A stretch of DNA of 64,000 nt from Chloroflexota bacterium (lineage in GTDB: Bacteria; Chloroflexota; Anaerolineae; Anaerolineales; Villigracilaceae), in the NCBI GenBank assembly GCA_040754535.1, contig JBFMCC010000023.1, positions 28,570 through 92,569 of the forward strand, written 5' to 3'. This document shows positions 45,595 to 55,484 of this stretch, one piece after another (the first letter of the stretch is position 1; each line of letters begins with the position of its first letter). The notes beneath the pieces are model-generated. The model was not told the origin of the DNA. It saw only the letters and a program-made list of their open reading frames with translations, and did no database searches. The position numbers and the translations under genes were made by a program.

Positions 45595-47385
45595 TTATTC
45601 TAAGGCTCTTACTTGCCAAACCTCCTTGGCAAGAGCTAATAAAATTTCGTGACGCCTCTTTATTGCTTCTTTACCCCATTCAGAAAAGCTTTGAAGGTAC
45701 TCATTTACTCGATTTATTGAGGTGTTGTCTCCGACGCTTTCGAGGTTGGCTATAGATTTCGTCAAGTAAATGTTTGATTTTGCATACTCCTTCACCTTAT
45801 CAGTGAAAAAATCCCTTTGAATAGATTCGTTAATCGGTTTTTCCAATAATGTTAAATTTCCTAACCTAGTCATATAATCATTGTACTCAACCTTATTCTC
45901 ACCTGAAAAATCTAGCACCATCTCCGTAGTAGGATCAACAGGCAGGATATGCTCAATATGTATTGAGGGTTTTAAATACGCCGCAATTGAACGGCTACTT
46001 TCATCGCCCATTCTTCTGGAGTCAAGGTATTGGGCAATTTTAGCTAAGAGATATTTTAGTTTATATTTCTGCATTGAGGATAATCTCAGATCCATGAAAT
46101 TCGTCTCAAAAGATCGGGCTCTGTTTTCAACATCTGTTCTAATTCTGCTTGCAATAAATTCATTTAGATTCTTATTGTTTTTGATCTTTCGTATTTCCTC
46201 AGTCCAAACAGAGAACTTCTTTTCAACATCGCGAGGCGCTTCTTTCGTGATATTGTAATAAAAGAGCAAAGTTTCTAACTGTACGAGCAAATGATCAAAT
46301 TGCTCCGGCTTCAGTCCTTTTGCTGAAAGGAGTAGTATGAAGTGTTGTTTAAATCCGCTACCAACCAAATTGTTAATATTTTCAAGATTGACATTGTCCA
46401 TGTTATGATATCGATTCCTTATTATGTCCATGTAAAATTCAGCGCCCTCCTGCATCCTTCTTACTAATCCAAAAGTGTCCGACTGGTAATTCAGTTTCTT
46501 CTCGTTACTAGTAAGCCAAGAGTAAATCTCATCCTCCCTAAGAATCTTGTCGCTTTTATCATCTTTTTCAATTTCATAATTTGCCATCATAAAATACCGT
46601 AGAAATCTCAATGGCTTTTCTTTCTCTCTTTGGCCAACCAGCGAGTCTTTAAATTTGTTCCACTCAGTTTTTAGTTTAGAGAACTCGTCACGGGAAATAT
46701 TACGAAATAACAAGTTCTTTAGTAGATCAACCTGATCTAAGCTAATTCCTCTTTCGTTTATGGTTTCAAAGATCTTTAGCGCATTGCCAATTTCAGGGGT
46801 CTCGATTTGGATTAGGACGACATTGTTGAGGAAATATCCAATGAATCTGCCCTTTTGCTCCATGTCATCTTTAAAATACTGCTCCAATAAAAATCGCACG
46901 GTTTTATGCGCCTCAAAAATAGTCTTTCCCGGCAACCCTTCGATCATCTTCAGATCAATTTCATCATCATTTTCTTTCTCGCACAAGTCGTAAAAAACGT
47001 TTTTTCCTTCGTACTGAATATCCACTTTGTACGATTGGATAGTCTTACCCTCGGAATTGATTGTTTCATCCCAAAGGAGCTTATGCAAAGCGCCCGAGTG
47101 TTGTGGTCGCTTTAGATTATTAATTATTAACGACAAAGTTATGAGCCTTTGTTGTCCATCAATTACCTCAAATTTATGTGGTGCTTCTTTTACTTTACAG
47201 ACAACTATGCTGCCAAGAAAATAGTCTGCCTTGGGATTGCTTGAAAAACTGTCGTAAATGTCATTGATTAGTTGTGTTACATGTCCTTCTTGCCAAACAT
47301 ATTCCCTTTGATAATCTGGGATCTGATAAAAGTTTTCGAACAGTTTTTGAATTGCGAACTGATTGAAAGTGATAGTGTTAGACAT
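45595..47385 (-). CDS. DUF262/DUF1524 protein, GmrSD-family type IV (modification-dependent) restriction endonuclease-like
   Basis: N-terminal DYQREYVW and VIDGQQRL (DUF262 DGQQR). C-terminal HIEHILP...LGNLTLLEKPINES (His-Me finger, DUF1524). ~35% GC versus ~65% in the flanks. Confidence 0.8.
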   Translation of the reverse strand: MSNTITFNQFAIQKLFENFYQIPDYQREYVWQEGHVTQLINDIYDSFSSNPKADYFLGSIVVCKVKEAPHKFEVIDGQQRLITLSLIINNLKRPQHSGALHKLLWDETINSEGKTIQSYKVDIQYEGKNVFYDLCEKENDDEIDLKMIEGLPGKTIFEAHKTVRFLLEQYFKDDMEQKGRFIGYFLNNVVLIQIETPEIGNALKIFETINERGISLDQVDLLKNLLFRNISRDEFSKLKTEWNKFKDSLVGQREKEKPLRFLRYFMMANYEIEKDDKSDKILREDEIYSWLTSNEKKLNYQSDTFGLVRRMQEGAEFYMDIIRNRYHNMDNVNLENINNLVGSGFKQHFILLLSAKGLKPEQFDHLLVQLETLLFYYNITKEAPRDVEKKFSVWTEEIRKIKNNKNLNEFIASRIRTDVENRARSFETNFMDLRLSSMQKYKLKYLLAKIAQYLDSRRMGDESSRSIAAYLKPSIHIEHILPVDPTTEMVLDFSGENKVEYNDYMTRLGNLTLLEKPINESIQRDFFTDKVKEYAKSNIYLTKSIANLESVGDNTSINRVNEYLQSFSEWGKEAIKRRHEILLALAKEVWQVRALE

Positions 47386-47388
47386 TTC

Positions 47389-47790
47389 CTACCTCTCTAC
47401 ACTCACTACGCTACCGAGCGCCTTCAAGTTACTCTGACGAACCAGCCGCGGGCTGTAGATGCGAATCTCCCTCGGTCCTTCGGCAGGCATGATCAGGACC
47501 GGCGTCTTACCGAATTTCTTGCGGGTCCGCGCGTATAATGCCTGCTCATCCTTGTCATGATCTACCAGTTTCCGATTGTGGATGGCGACAAATTCCCCTT
47601 CGTATTTTGCCCGTTGGCTGAGAGGCAACCCCAGCCACCATTCCTGTTCCGACTCTATTTTCACGCGCGCTGATATAGTGCGCTCTCGCCGAACGGCGGA
47701 TTGGAGATAATCCTCCACAGACATGCCGCGAAGCATTGCCTCTTTTTGGATCGTCCCGGCCAACTCTTCTGAAATTTTGAATGTCGCCAT
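47389..47790 (-). CDS. small RHH-like / DUF5678-like protein with C-terminal extension copied from the neighbouring gene
   Basis: N-terminal SVEDYLQSAV is RHH-like. The middle GEFVAIHNRKLVDHDKDEQALYARTRKKFGKTPVLI is DUF5678-like. The last ~15 aa, LKALGSVVSVER, mirror the C-terminus of 47834-48922. Confidence 0.5.
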   Translation of the reverse strand: MATFKISEELAGTIQKEAMLRGMSVEDYLQSAVRRERTISARVKIESEQEWWLGLPLSQRAKYEGEFVAIHNRKLVDHDKDEQALYARTRKKFGKTPVLIMPAEGPREIRIYSPRLVRQSNLKALGSVVSVER

Positions 47791-47833
47791 AATGATCCTC
47801 TATACAGATTCTACAACGTTCTCACGTTTCGTG

Positions 47834-48922
47834 CTATCTCTCCACACTCACCACGCCACCCAGCGCGTTCAAGCGCAGGGTCCACGTACTGCCAATGACG
47901 AACTGCTGAAACTCACTGACCGTGCCCGGCGAATAGGTCAACTGGCCCTTGCTGGTGGAGAAATACACGTTCAGGTCTTCGGTGGGCGATCCCTTGCGCT
48001 GGTTCCCGACGAGGAAGGGGTCAGCGTAGACCGGGAAATTATCATTCCCGTTGAGCGTCTCCGTGCGGACCGTCGTCCATTCGTCCACGGTGTAGGAGCA
48101 ATAATCCTGCGTCTCGGTGTGACACTCCTGCACCACCTCGCCGTAGCCGGTGCCGGTGTCCACCACCTTCTCTTCGCACACTTCCTGGCTCTCGGTGCGG
48201 CAGGACACATTGTACGCGTCCGAAGGCGGACTACCCGCCTGATTCGAATAATCGACCGGCTGGACTTCCTGAATCGGCACGGAGGTCTGCCAGGATACGT
48301 TTGTTACCGTCCCTGAAACAGTCGTCGTCGGGAAGATGAATAAAAATCCGACCACCACACAAATCACCACGATACAGGCCAGCACGCCGCCCAGGATCAG
48401 CCAGGGAGCGCGCGAGGCTTTCTTCGCGGGCGTGAGCGGCGCGGCGGGAGTCAATCCGCCCGGAGTGCTGAACGACATCGCGCCCGGCGCGGGAGGCGGA
48501 GCCGCGGAGGCCGCCAGCGGCAATGCCGCGCCGCAATTGGCGCACATCCTCCGCGTGGACGGGTTGGCCTGTCCGCAGTTCGTACAGGTGATCTCGCTCG
48601 GCGCGGCCTGGCGTTTCATTTCCTTTCCCGCGGCGCGCTGCCTGCCTTCCTTCAAGTCCCCGCCGCATTGCGAACACACGGTCGCGGTAGCGGGATTACG
48701 CGTGCCGCAGAACCCACAGTGGATGTCCGCGCCTGCGGCCGCGGCGCGCGCCACGTTCTCGTCCTGAATCAACTTCGCCTCGGCCGGGGCGTAGAACTGC
48801 ACATTATCCGGCTGGGGCGCGCCGCAGTTCTCGCAGGTCTTCTTCGGCCCGGGGTTGCGGCTGTTGCAGTTCGGGCACACCCATTCGAGTTGAATGAATC
48901 CTTTGGATCGTTTGGTTGCCAT
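47834..48922 (-). CDS. membrane protein with three N-terminal double-zinc-ribbon motifs and extracytoplasmic C-terminal domain
   Basis: CPNC..C.NCG, CGFCG..CSQCG and CTNCG..CANCG, then a TM (WLILGGVLACIVVICVVVGFLFIF) and a ~170-aa C-terminal domain. Confidence 0.65.
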   Translation of the reverse strand: MATKRSKGFIQLEWVCPNCNSRNPGPKKTCENCGAPQPDNVQFYAPAEAKLIQDENVARAAAAGADIHCGFCGTRNPATATVCSQCGGDLKEGRQRAAGKEMKRQAAPSEITCTNCGQANPSTRRMCANCGAALPLAASAAPPPAPGAMSFSTPGGLTPAAPLTPAKKASRAPWLILGGVLACIVVICVVVGFLFIFPTTTVSGTVTNVSWQTSVPIQEVQPVDYSNQAGSPPSDAYNVSCRTESQEVCEEKVVDTGTGYGEVVQECHTETQDYCSYTVDEWTTVRTETLNGNDNFPVYADPFLVGNQRKGSPTEDLNVYFSTSKGQLTYSPGTVSEFQQFVIGSTWTLRLNALGGVVSVER

Positions 48923-48976
48923 GCATCTCTCCGTAACTGAAGTGTACAGGAAAAGTTCGGAAGATAAAAGGGTGAT

Positions 48977-49981
48977 CTAACCGAATCCATGCCAGGCGCG
49001 GATGGACTCGAGCATCCGCGTCACGTCTGGCTCTGGATGAGGCGACGCGTCGTCCGGGACCTCGTACCGCGCGCCGTTCAACGCGGCCAGGACTCCGCCC
49101 GCGCCGTTTGCCACGTTCTCCGGGCTGTAGCCTCCCTCCAGCACGAAGACGATTCTTCCCTTGCAATGTTCGCCTGCAAGTTCAACTAATCTATTGGCAA
49201 TGGCATGATACCCCGCGCTCGAAAATCCCAGCGTGGTGATCGGGTCGGACCAATGCGCGTCGAAGCCCACAGAGACGATGATCATCTCCGGGCGAAAGGC
49301 TTCGATGTGCGGCTTCATCACCTGTTCGACGACCTGCGTGAAGACCGAATCCCCCGCGTAGGCGGGCAATGGCACGTTGACGATGCGTCCCCTGGCGTGA
49401 GGCGCGTCGTCCATGCGGCCGGTGCCGGGATAAATGCCCCATTGATGCGTCGAGAGATAACCAAGCCGCTCGTCGTTCAGGAACGCGGCCTGGGTGCCGT
49501 TGCCGTGATGCGCGTCGTAGTCAATCACCAGCACGCGCCCCGCGCCGCGCTCCAGCAGGTCGCGCGCCGCGACCGCCACGTTGTTGAAGAGACAGAATCC
49601 CATCGCCCGCGCCGGTTCGGCGTGATGACCGGGCGGGCGGACGAGCGCGAACGCGTTCGCCGCGTCCCCGGCCCACACCGCGCGCACACAGCCCAGGGTC
49701 CCGCCAGAGGCGAGCAGGGCGTCAGTGAACGATGTTGTGGTCACATATGTCGGGGCGTAGTCAATGATCCCCGGTCCCTGCCGCGCGGATTCTTCCACAG
49801 TTTGAATCATACGCGGCGAGTGCACGCGCGCGATCTCGTCGCGCGTCGCGGGCATTGCGCCTATTGACTCAAAATCGAATGCTTTTATTTTTTCATCCAG
49901 CAGTTCGAACCTGCCGGGACGTTCGGGATGATCGGGAAATTCATGGCCGGGCGAAAGCACGCGCGTGACGAGGGTGGTCAT
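48977..49981 (-). CDS. histone deacetylase family protein (AcuC/acetylpolyamine amidohydrolase-like)
   Basis: RPPGHHA and DYDAHHGNGTQ are family motifs. Confidence 0.8.
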   Translation of the reverse strand: MTTLVTRVLSPGHEFPDHPERPGRFELLDEKIKAFDFESIGAMPATRDEIARVHSPRMIQTVEESARQGPGIIDYAPTYVTTTSFTDALLASGGTLGCVRAVWAGDAANAFALVRPPGHHAEPARAMGFCLFNNVAVAARDLLERGAGRVLVIDYDAHHGNGTQAAFLNDERLGYLSTHQWGIYPGTGRMDDAPHARGRIVNVPLPAYAGDSVFTQVVEQVMKPHIEAFRPEMIIVSVGFDAHWSDPITTLGFSSAGYHAIANRLVELAGEHCKGRIVFVLEGGYSPENVANGAGGVLAALNGARYEVPDDASPHPEPDVTRMLESIRAWHGFG

Positions 49982-50209
49982 GCTGGCATTATACGCTTAA
50001 ACGATTGCCAGGCATGTCAGTGACATGCCTGGCAATCTTGAGGGGGGAGGGACACCACCGTTAGCAAGCATGGGGGGGACATGCGGGCCGTTCGGTGGAT
50101 GACACCTAGATACCAGTAAAGGGAGGGCAGGTGTCTTGGCGATAATATACACCCTAATTCTCCAAGATACATTAAAGGGAGGTTAGAAATTGGAGAGGAA
50201 CTATCTGAA

Positions 50210-50677
50210 TTAGCGCCCTTTGTCACGAAAGAGAGTCAGCCATTCGTCCAGTTCGGATTTCGACATCCCCCGCTCTTTTGACTCGACAGACGGCCCGGCG
50301 CGCAGGATTTCGATCACCTGCCGGGCAAATTCATCCGAAGAGACCACCGCCGCGCCGGCCCCGCGCGCCGCGGCCTGCACCTCGCGGTCCGAGGTGACCA
50401 CGGTCCAGTTGCGCGCCGCGCGGCCGAATTGTTTCAAGCGGACGCGGATGGCGGAATCCGCAGTCGTTCCGGCGCGGACGAAGTGCGCCGTCACGCTTCC
50501 GAAGGCGCGTTTGCCATCCTGTCCGGGCGGCGCGCCGTCGAAGAAAACTTCCACTTGCCGCCGCTGGAGACGGCAAAATGTCTGCAATCGGTGAACGAGT
50601 TCGAGTTCGTCGTCCACCGAGCGCAGATTCAATCCCAGTTTGGGAATCAGGTTATGGCCGTCGATGAGGTAAGGCAT
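50210..50677 (-). CDS. NYN/YacP-like (Rae1-type) PIN-fold RNase domain protein
   Basis: MPYLIDGHNL...VFFDG... matches the YacP/NYN pattern. Confidence 0.65.
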   Translation of the reverse strand: MPYLIDGHNLIPKLGLNLRSVDDELELVHRLQTFCRLQRRQVEVFFDGAPPGQDGKRAFGSVTAHFVRAGTTADSAIRVRLKQFGRAARNWTVVTSDREVQAAARGAGAAVVSSDEFARQVIEILRAGPSVESKERGMSKSELDEWLTLFRDKGR

Positions 50678-50737
50678 CGGGCGAATTGTAAAGCAGAACC
50701 CAGATTTCTTTCGAGAAACCTGGGTTCTGTGCGGGGG

Positions 50738-51142
50738 CTACGCGACTGCCGCTTCCTTCGTAACGATATCGAACACGGGCGGATTCTCCAGCGTCTTCTT
50801 CACGAGACACAGTTCCGCCGAGCGAATCAGCGCGCTGTGATATTGTTTCGGGAAGTCGGGCGGAACCTGGATTTCCAATCCGACTTTTTCCAGCGCGCCG
50901 GTGAAGGGATTTCGTTCGTTGCGCTGGACAATGCGGATGCCGTCGGTGGGAATGCCGCGCTGGCGGCAGAAGCCGAGAATGTAGATGCCGGCGCAGGTGC
51001 CGATGGAGGCGAGAAACACCTCGAACGGCATGGGGGCCGAATCCTCGCCGCCGCCCTGCGGAGGCTGGTCGGTGGAGAGGGTGTGCCCGCGGAAGTGCGC
51101 ATCCACGCGCGCCCCGCCCGGGAAGTCAATGATCATTTCCAT
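50738..51142 (-). CDS. OsmC/Ohr family peroxiredoxin-like protein
   Basis: LASIGTCAG...C are OsmC motifs. GAGGAG RBS before MEMIID. Confidence 0.7.
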   Translation of the reverse strand: MEMIIDFPGGARVDAHFRGHTLSTDQPPQGGGEDSAPMPFEVFLASIGTCAGIYILGFCRQRGIPTDGIRIVQRNERNPFTGALEKVGLEIQVPPDFPKQYHSALIRSAELCLVKKTLENPPVFDIVTKEAAVA

Positions 51143-51486
51143 GGTGGTATCACTCCTCGCGAAATATTGTACCGCCAAATAGAGCCGCCGAGCGGTCAAA
51201 ACCTTACCCGTTCGGCTATAATCTGGACACGTGCCTCGCCGCGCCGAGCGGAGCCGTCGGTCAAGCAGGCGGCACCGCGAAGCGTTCCGCCGGTCGGCAT
51301 CCGGCGAAGACGAAGCGCGGGCATTCTTGAAAATACCGCGCCAAGTCTACGACTTTCGACGAACACGAAAGTCTCCGCTCGATACGAGGCAGGCATTTTC
51401 AAACAGCCTTTCGGCAATCTCGACAACGAAGTTCGTCCTCTCTCGTATTCGGTATCAGGCAACTCAATTCTTCACAGGAGATTCTC

Positions 51487-51861
51487 ATGGCAAACAAAAA
51501 AACCCGCGAGATCATGGTGCCGCCCTCCGGCGGCGTCCTGCGCGACTTCATGATGCGCATCAAACTCATCCTGCGGTTGATGGGCGACCGCCGCGTCAAC
51601 CTGTTCCTCAAACTCCTGCCGCTGGCCTCGGTGGCCTACCTCATTTGGCCGGTCGACCTGGCGCCCGGCATGGTCCTGCCCGTCATCGGCGCGGTAGACG
51701 ACGCCGCCATCCTGTGGCTCGGCTCCTATCTTTTCGTGGAGCTCTGTCCGCCCGATGTGGTCAAGGAGCACATGAAGCAGTTGACCAGCAACCTGGACGT
51801 CGTGGAAGGCGGCGACGAGGTGGTGGACGCGGAAGCCACCGACCTGCCCGACAATAAATAA
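51487..51861 (+). CDS. DUF1232 (YkvA-like) membrane protein
   Basis: LIWPVDLAPGMVLPVIGAVDDAAILW is the DUF1232 core. Confidence 0.65.
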   Translation: MANKKTREIMVPPSGGVLRDFMMRIKLILRLMGDRRVNLFLKLLPLASVAYLIWPVDLAPGMVLPVIGAVDDAAILWLGSYLFVELCPPDVVKEHMKQLTSNLDVVEGGDEVVDAEATDLPDNK

Positions 51862-51863
51862 CC

Positions 51864-53090
51864 ATGCGGCGACTCCTTTTACTGTTACCACCACTTCTGC
51901 TGGCCTGTGCGGTCTTCAACCCGCTTCCCACAGACCCCGGGTCCGCTCCCGCGACCGCGACGTTTACCCCAGTCCCAACCGATACGCCCACCTTCACACC
52001 CGAGCCTCCCACCGCGACCCCGCTGCCGCCGGACGCCAGCACATTCCCCGACCCGAACGCGTATCAGTGGGCGCTGGTGACCGGCAGTCTGGTCCTGCCC
52101 GTTGACATCCAGAACGCGGGCGACGGCTCCGGGCGGCTGTTCATCGTCGAAAGACCCGGCACGATACGCATCTTCCAGAACGGGCAGCTGCTCCCAACCC
52201 CCTTCCTCGACATCACCGACCGCGTCTTCAGCGCCGCCTCGGAGCAGGGACTGCTTGGGCTGGCGTTCCATCCGCGCTATGAAGAGAACGGCCTGTTCTT
52301 CGTCAACTACATTGACGCGAACGAGAACACGGTCATCGCGCGCTTCCGCGTAAGCAGTGACCCCAACCTCGCCGACCCATTCAGCGAAGTGCAGGTGCTC
52401 TACGTCCGCCAGCCGTTCTGGAATCACAACGGCGGCGTGCTGGCCTTCGGCCCGGACGGTTATCTGTATCTCGGTCTTGGCGATGGCGGCTCCGGCGGCG
52501 ATCCGCAGGGCAATGCCCAATCGCTCGATACCCTGCTTGGCAAAATCCTGCGCATTGACGTGGATCACGGCGACCCCTACACCATCCCGCCCGGCAATCC
52601 CTTCGGCAGTGAGATCTGGGCGTACGGCCTGCGCAATCCGTGGCGCTTCTCCTTCGATATGCGCACGGGCAATCTATACATCGGCGACGTGGGGCAGGGT
52701 GAATGGGAGGAGATTGACGTGGCTCCGGCCGGCGTCGGCGGGTTGAATTTTGGCTGGAACTATCGCGAGGGCGGGCATCCCTATAAGGGACAGCCCCCGG
52801 CCGGGGTCCAATTGGTGGAACCGATTGCGGAGTACAGTCACGGGGAAGGGTGTTCGGTCACCGGCGGCGTAGTCTATCGCGGCACGGCGCTGCCCGCCTG
52901 GCAGGGAATCTACCTGTACGGAGACTATTGCTCCGGCCTGATCTGGGGCATCCTGCCCGCGGACCTGGGTCAGAACGCTCAGATTTTGTTCGACACCCTT
53001 TTCAACATCTCCACCTTCGGGCAGGACGAGGCGGGTGAAATCTATCTCGCCAATTATGGCGGGGAGGTCTATCGGCTGACGACCCGCTAG
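51864..53090 (+). CDS. PQQ-dependent soluble sugar dehydrogenase (glucose/sorbosone dehydrogenase family) lipoprotein
   Basis: Lipobox LLAC with a Pro/Thr linker. Beta-propeller GSDH motifs (GLLGLAFHP, NHNGG, GDGG..GDPQ). Confidence 0.8.
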   Translation: MRRLLLLLPPLLLACAVFNPLPTDPGSAPATATFTPVPTDTPTFTPEPPTATPLPPDASTFPDPNAYQWALVTGSLVLPVDIQNAGDGSGRLFIVERPGTIRIFQNGQLLPTPFLDITDRVFSAASEQGLLGLAFHPRYEENGLFFVNYIDANENTVIARFRVSSDPNLADPFSEVQVLYVRQPFWNHNGGVLAFGPDGYLYLGLGDGGSGGDPQGNAQSLDTLLGKILRIDVDHGDPYTIPPGNPFGSEIWAYGLRNPWRFSFDMRTGNLYIGDVGQGEWEEIDVAPAGVGGLNFGWNYREGGHPYKGQPPAGVQLVEPIAEYSHGEGCSVTGGVVYRGTALPAWQGIYLYGDYCSGLIWGILPADLGQNAQILFDTLFNISTFGQDEAGEIYLANYGGEVYRLTTR

Positions 53091-53252
53091 AACGGAGTCC
53101 AACATCTCCCGACGCTGGCGCCAAAGTCTGGCCCTTTGCAGGGTGCTTCGCGAAGACTTTGGACTCCGCACCTAGCCGATCTTGCCGCCCAAACCGGATA
53201 ATTGCGAGATAAGTCATCCAAAAATCGAGCCGATTGTCACCCGTAAAATTGT

Positions 53253-53283
53253 GACGCCTGACACTGGCAGGCGTCTTTTGTTT
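53253..53283 (+). terminator. intrinsic terminator
   Basis: gacgcctg-acactgg-caggcgtc + ttttgttt. Confidence 0.65.
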
Positions 53284-53321
53284 CCCGTACACTAGGAGTA
53301 CAAAATCGTCAGGAGGCAGAT

Positions 53322-53537
53322 ATGGCAGTGCGGACCTGGCAAGTGGAAAAGATCGAGTACTGCGAGCACGTGGGGCACGAGATCGCGCTCGAAGCGGAAG
53401 TGGTCTATCCCGCCGACCACCTCCCCGACCAGCCGCGCGTGATCGCGCACCGCTGTTCGAGCGCTGTCGTCTGCAACCAGTTCGACAAGCCCGCGTGCGT
53501 CTGGTGCGGCACCAATCCTGACCACGATCCATTGTGA
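53322..53537 (+). CDS. small Cys-rich hypothetical protein (71 aa)
   Basis: AGGAGG RBS 7 bp upstream. Contains C14, C45, C51, C59 and C62. Confidence 0.5.
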   Translation: MAVRTWQVEKIEYCEHVGHEIALEAEVVYPADHLPDQPRVIAHRCSSAVVCNQFDKPACVWCGTNPDHDPL

Positions 53538-53771
53538 ACAAAACGGGCAAGCGCCCGCTTTGCAAACTCTCTCCTCCCTCTGAGTTGGTCAAGGCCATCC
53601 CGCGCGAAATCGCGGGATGCGCCGTTAAAAGGGACGCGCCGAACGCGTTCGAGAAATAACGGAGTATAATTTACTCATACGCGAAGGCAGGCAATATGCA
53701 GAAGTTCGCGGTCTTTGTGACCAGGATCGAAAACTCCTAATTGCGGGATATCCTTAACCTGGAGGAAAACT

Positions 53772-54701
53772 ATGAAAAGGATGCTACTCGCTTTCATACT
53801 TATCATTTTGGCCTGTGCACCGATTCACATTGCACCAACAGTAGTTTCTTCTCCCACAACCTTGCCTACACTTGAATATACTCCCACGCCCATTCCACCT
53901 AGCAGGACACCCATTCCAGCCCACACGCGCACAGCGACGCCATATCCCGATGAAATTATGGACCAGCACGGGTTACCCATGCACTTGGTTCCCGGGGGGG
54001 ATTTCGTGATGGGTAGCGACAGAGGGCTTCCGAATGCCCAACCTGCCCACACCGTCAGGGTGGACACTTTTTATATGGACATGTTTGAGGTGGCAAACAT
54101 ATTCTATAACGAATGTGTAGAGGCGGGTGCATGTCAAGCACCCAAGAATGTGGAGTATTTTGAAAAAACCAAGTACGCGTTTTATCCAGTAGTCTATGTG
54201 GATTGGAGTATGGCAGAAACATATTGCAAGTGGCGTGGAGGCCGCTTACCTACAGAGGCAGAGTGGGAAAAAGCAGCGCGTGGTACAGATGAGCGTACAT
54301 ATCCATGGGGGGAAAACGTTAATTGTCGATATGCAAACTATATGTATTACCATGATGACCCGTTCTATATGTTTTGTGTGGATGACCTGTCATCCGTCGG
54401 CTACTCTGAAGCGGGGAAAAGTGCTTACAACATATATGACATGGCTGGCAATGCAACAGAGTGGGTCAGCAGCCTATATCTTCCCTATCCCTATGAACCA
54501 ACCGATGGGCGTGAAGACCCTAATAGCCCCGGCGAGCGTGTTGTGCGGGGAGGATCATGGTCAAGTAGCTCTACTGAGATTCACTCTTATCGTCGATTCG
54601 CCATGTCGCCGGCGGACTCAAGTGACCGGCTTGGTTTTCGTTGCGTTATCAATCCCGATTCATTGCCTGGAGCACCACAATTGCAAAGCATGATTCCCTA
54701 A
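53772..54701 (+). CDS. formylglycine-generating enzyme (FGE/SUMF1) family lipoprotein
   Basis: Lipobox ILAC. FGE-sulfatase domain with RGGSW. GC is lower than the flanks. Confidence 0.75.
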   Translation: MKRMLLAFILIILACAPIHIAPTVVSSPTTLPTLEYTPTPIPPSRTPIPAHTRTATPYPDEIMDQHGLPMHLVPGGDFVMGSDRGLPNAQPAHTVRVDTFYMDMFEVANIFYNECVEAGACQAPKNVEYFEKTKYAFYPVVYVDWSMAETYCKWRGGRLPTEAEWEKAARGTDERTYPWGENVNCRYANYMYYHDDPFYMFCVDDLSSVGYSEAGKSAYNIYDMAGNATEWVSSLYLPYPYEPTDGREDPNSPGERVVRGGSWSSSSTEIHSYRRFAMSPADSSDRLGFRCVINPDSLPGAPQLQSMIP

Positions 54702-54767
54702 AAACAGGTTGCTAAACATCAAAGCCATTACGGCAATCCTATCATTTAGCACTACTGCTCTGGGCGG

Positions 54768-55484
54768 CTACACCCCCAAAAACCTCGCCATTTCCTCATT
54801 GACCGGTTTTGCGAACACCTCCTGCGGGCTTCCCCACTGTTCCAGTTTCCCATTCAAAATCACGGCCATGCGCGTGGCGAGTTTGAGCGCCTCCTGCAAA
54901 TCGTGGGTGATGAAGATCGTGGTCATGCCGGTCTCGGCCAGCAGGGCTTTCAGGTCTTCGAGCAGGCGGGCGCGCGTGGGCGCGTCGAGGGCGGTGAAGG
55001 GCTCGTCCAGCAACAGCAATTCGGGCTGGAGCACGAAGGCGCGCGCCAGGCTGACGCGCTGGGCCTCGCCGCCCGACAGTTTCTTCGCAGGCCGATTCGC
55101 CAGGTGCGCCACGCCCAGCCGTTCCAGCCATTCGGCAGTTCTTTTATCGATCTCGATCTTTGGCGCGCCGCGAAACTTCAAACCGACGGCCACATTCTCG
55201 CGCACCGACAGGTCCAACAACAGCGGTTCCTGCAAGACCAGCGCGATGCGGCGGCGATACTCGAGGTCGGACTCCGCCGCGGCCTGTCTCCCATTGAACA
55301 AAATCTGACCGCGCTCCGCGCGTAACAGCCGCGCCAGCGTGAGGAACAGGGTGCTCTTCCCCGCGCCGTTCGGCCCGACGACAGCCAGCACCTCGCCCTG
55401 CCCGATGGCCAGATGGTCAATTTCCAGCACGGGCATCTTTTCGCGGTGAACGAGCAGGTCACGGATTTCCAGCAGGGGACTCAT
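54768..55484 (-). CDS. tupC: ABC transporter ATP-binding protein (TupC/ModC-like)
   Basis: Walker A GPNGAGKST, LSGGEAQR and a Walker B motif. Confidence 0.8.
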   Translation of the reverse strand: MSPLLEIRDLLVHREKMPVLEIDHLAIGQGEVLAVVGPNGAGKSTLFLTLARLLRAERGQILFNGRQAAAESDLEYRRRIALVLQEPLLLDLSVRENVAVGLKFRGAPKIEIDKRTAEWLERLGVAHLANRPAKKLSGGEAQRVSLARAFVLQPELLLLDEPFTALDAPTRARLLEDLKALLAETGMTTIFITHDLQEALKLATRMAVILNGKLEQWGSPQEVFAKPVNEEMARFLGV

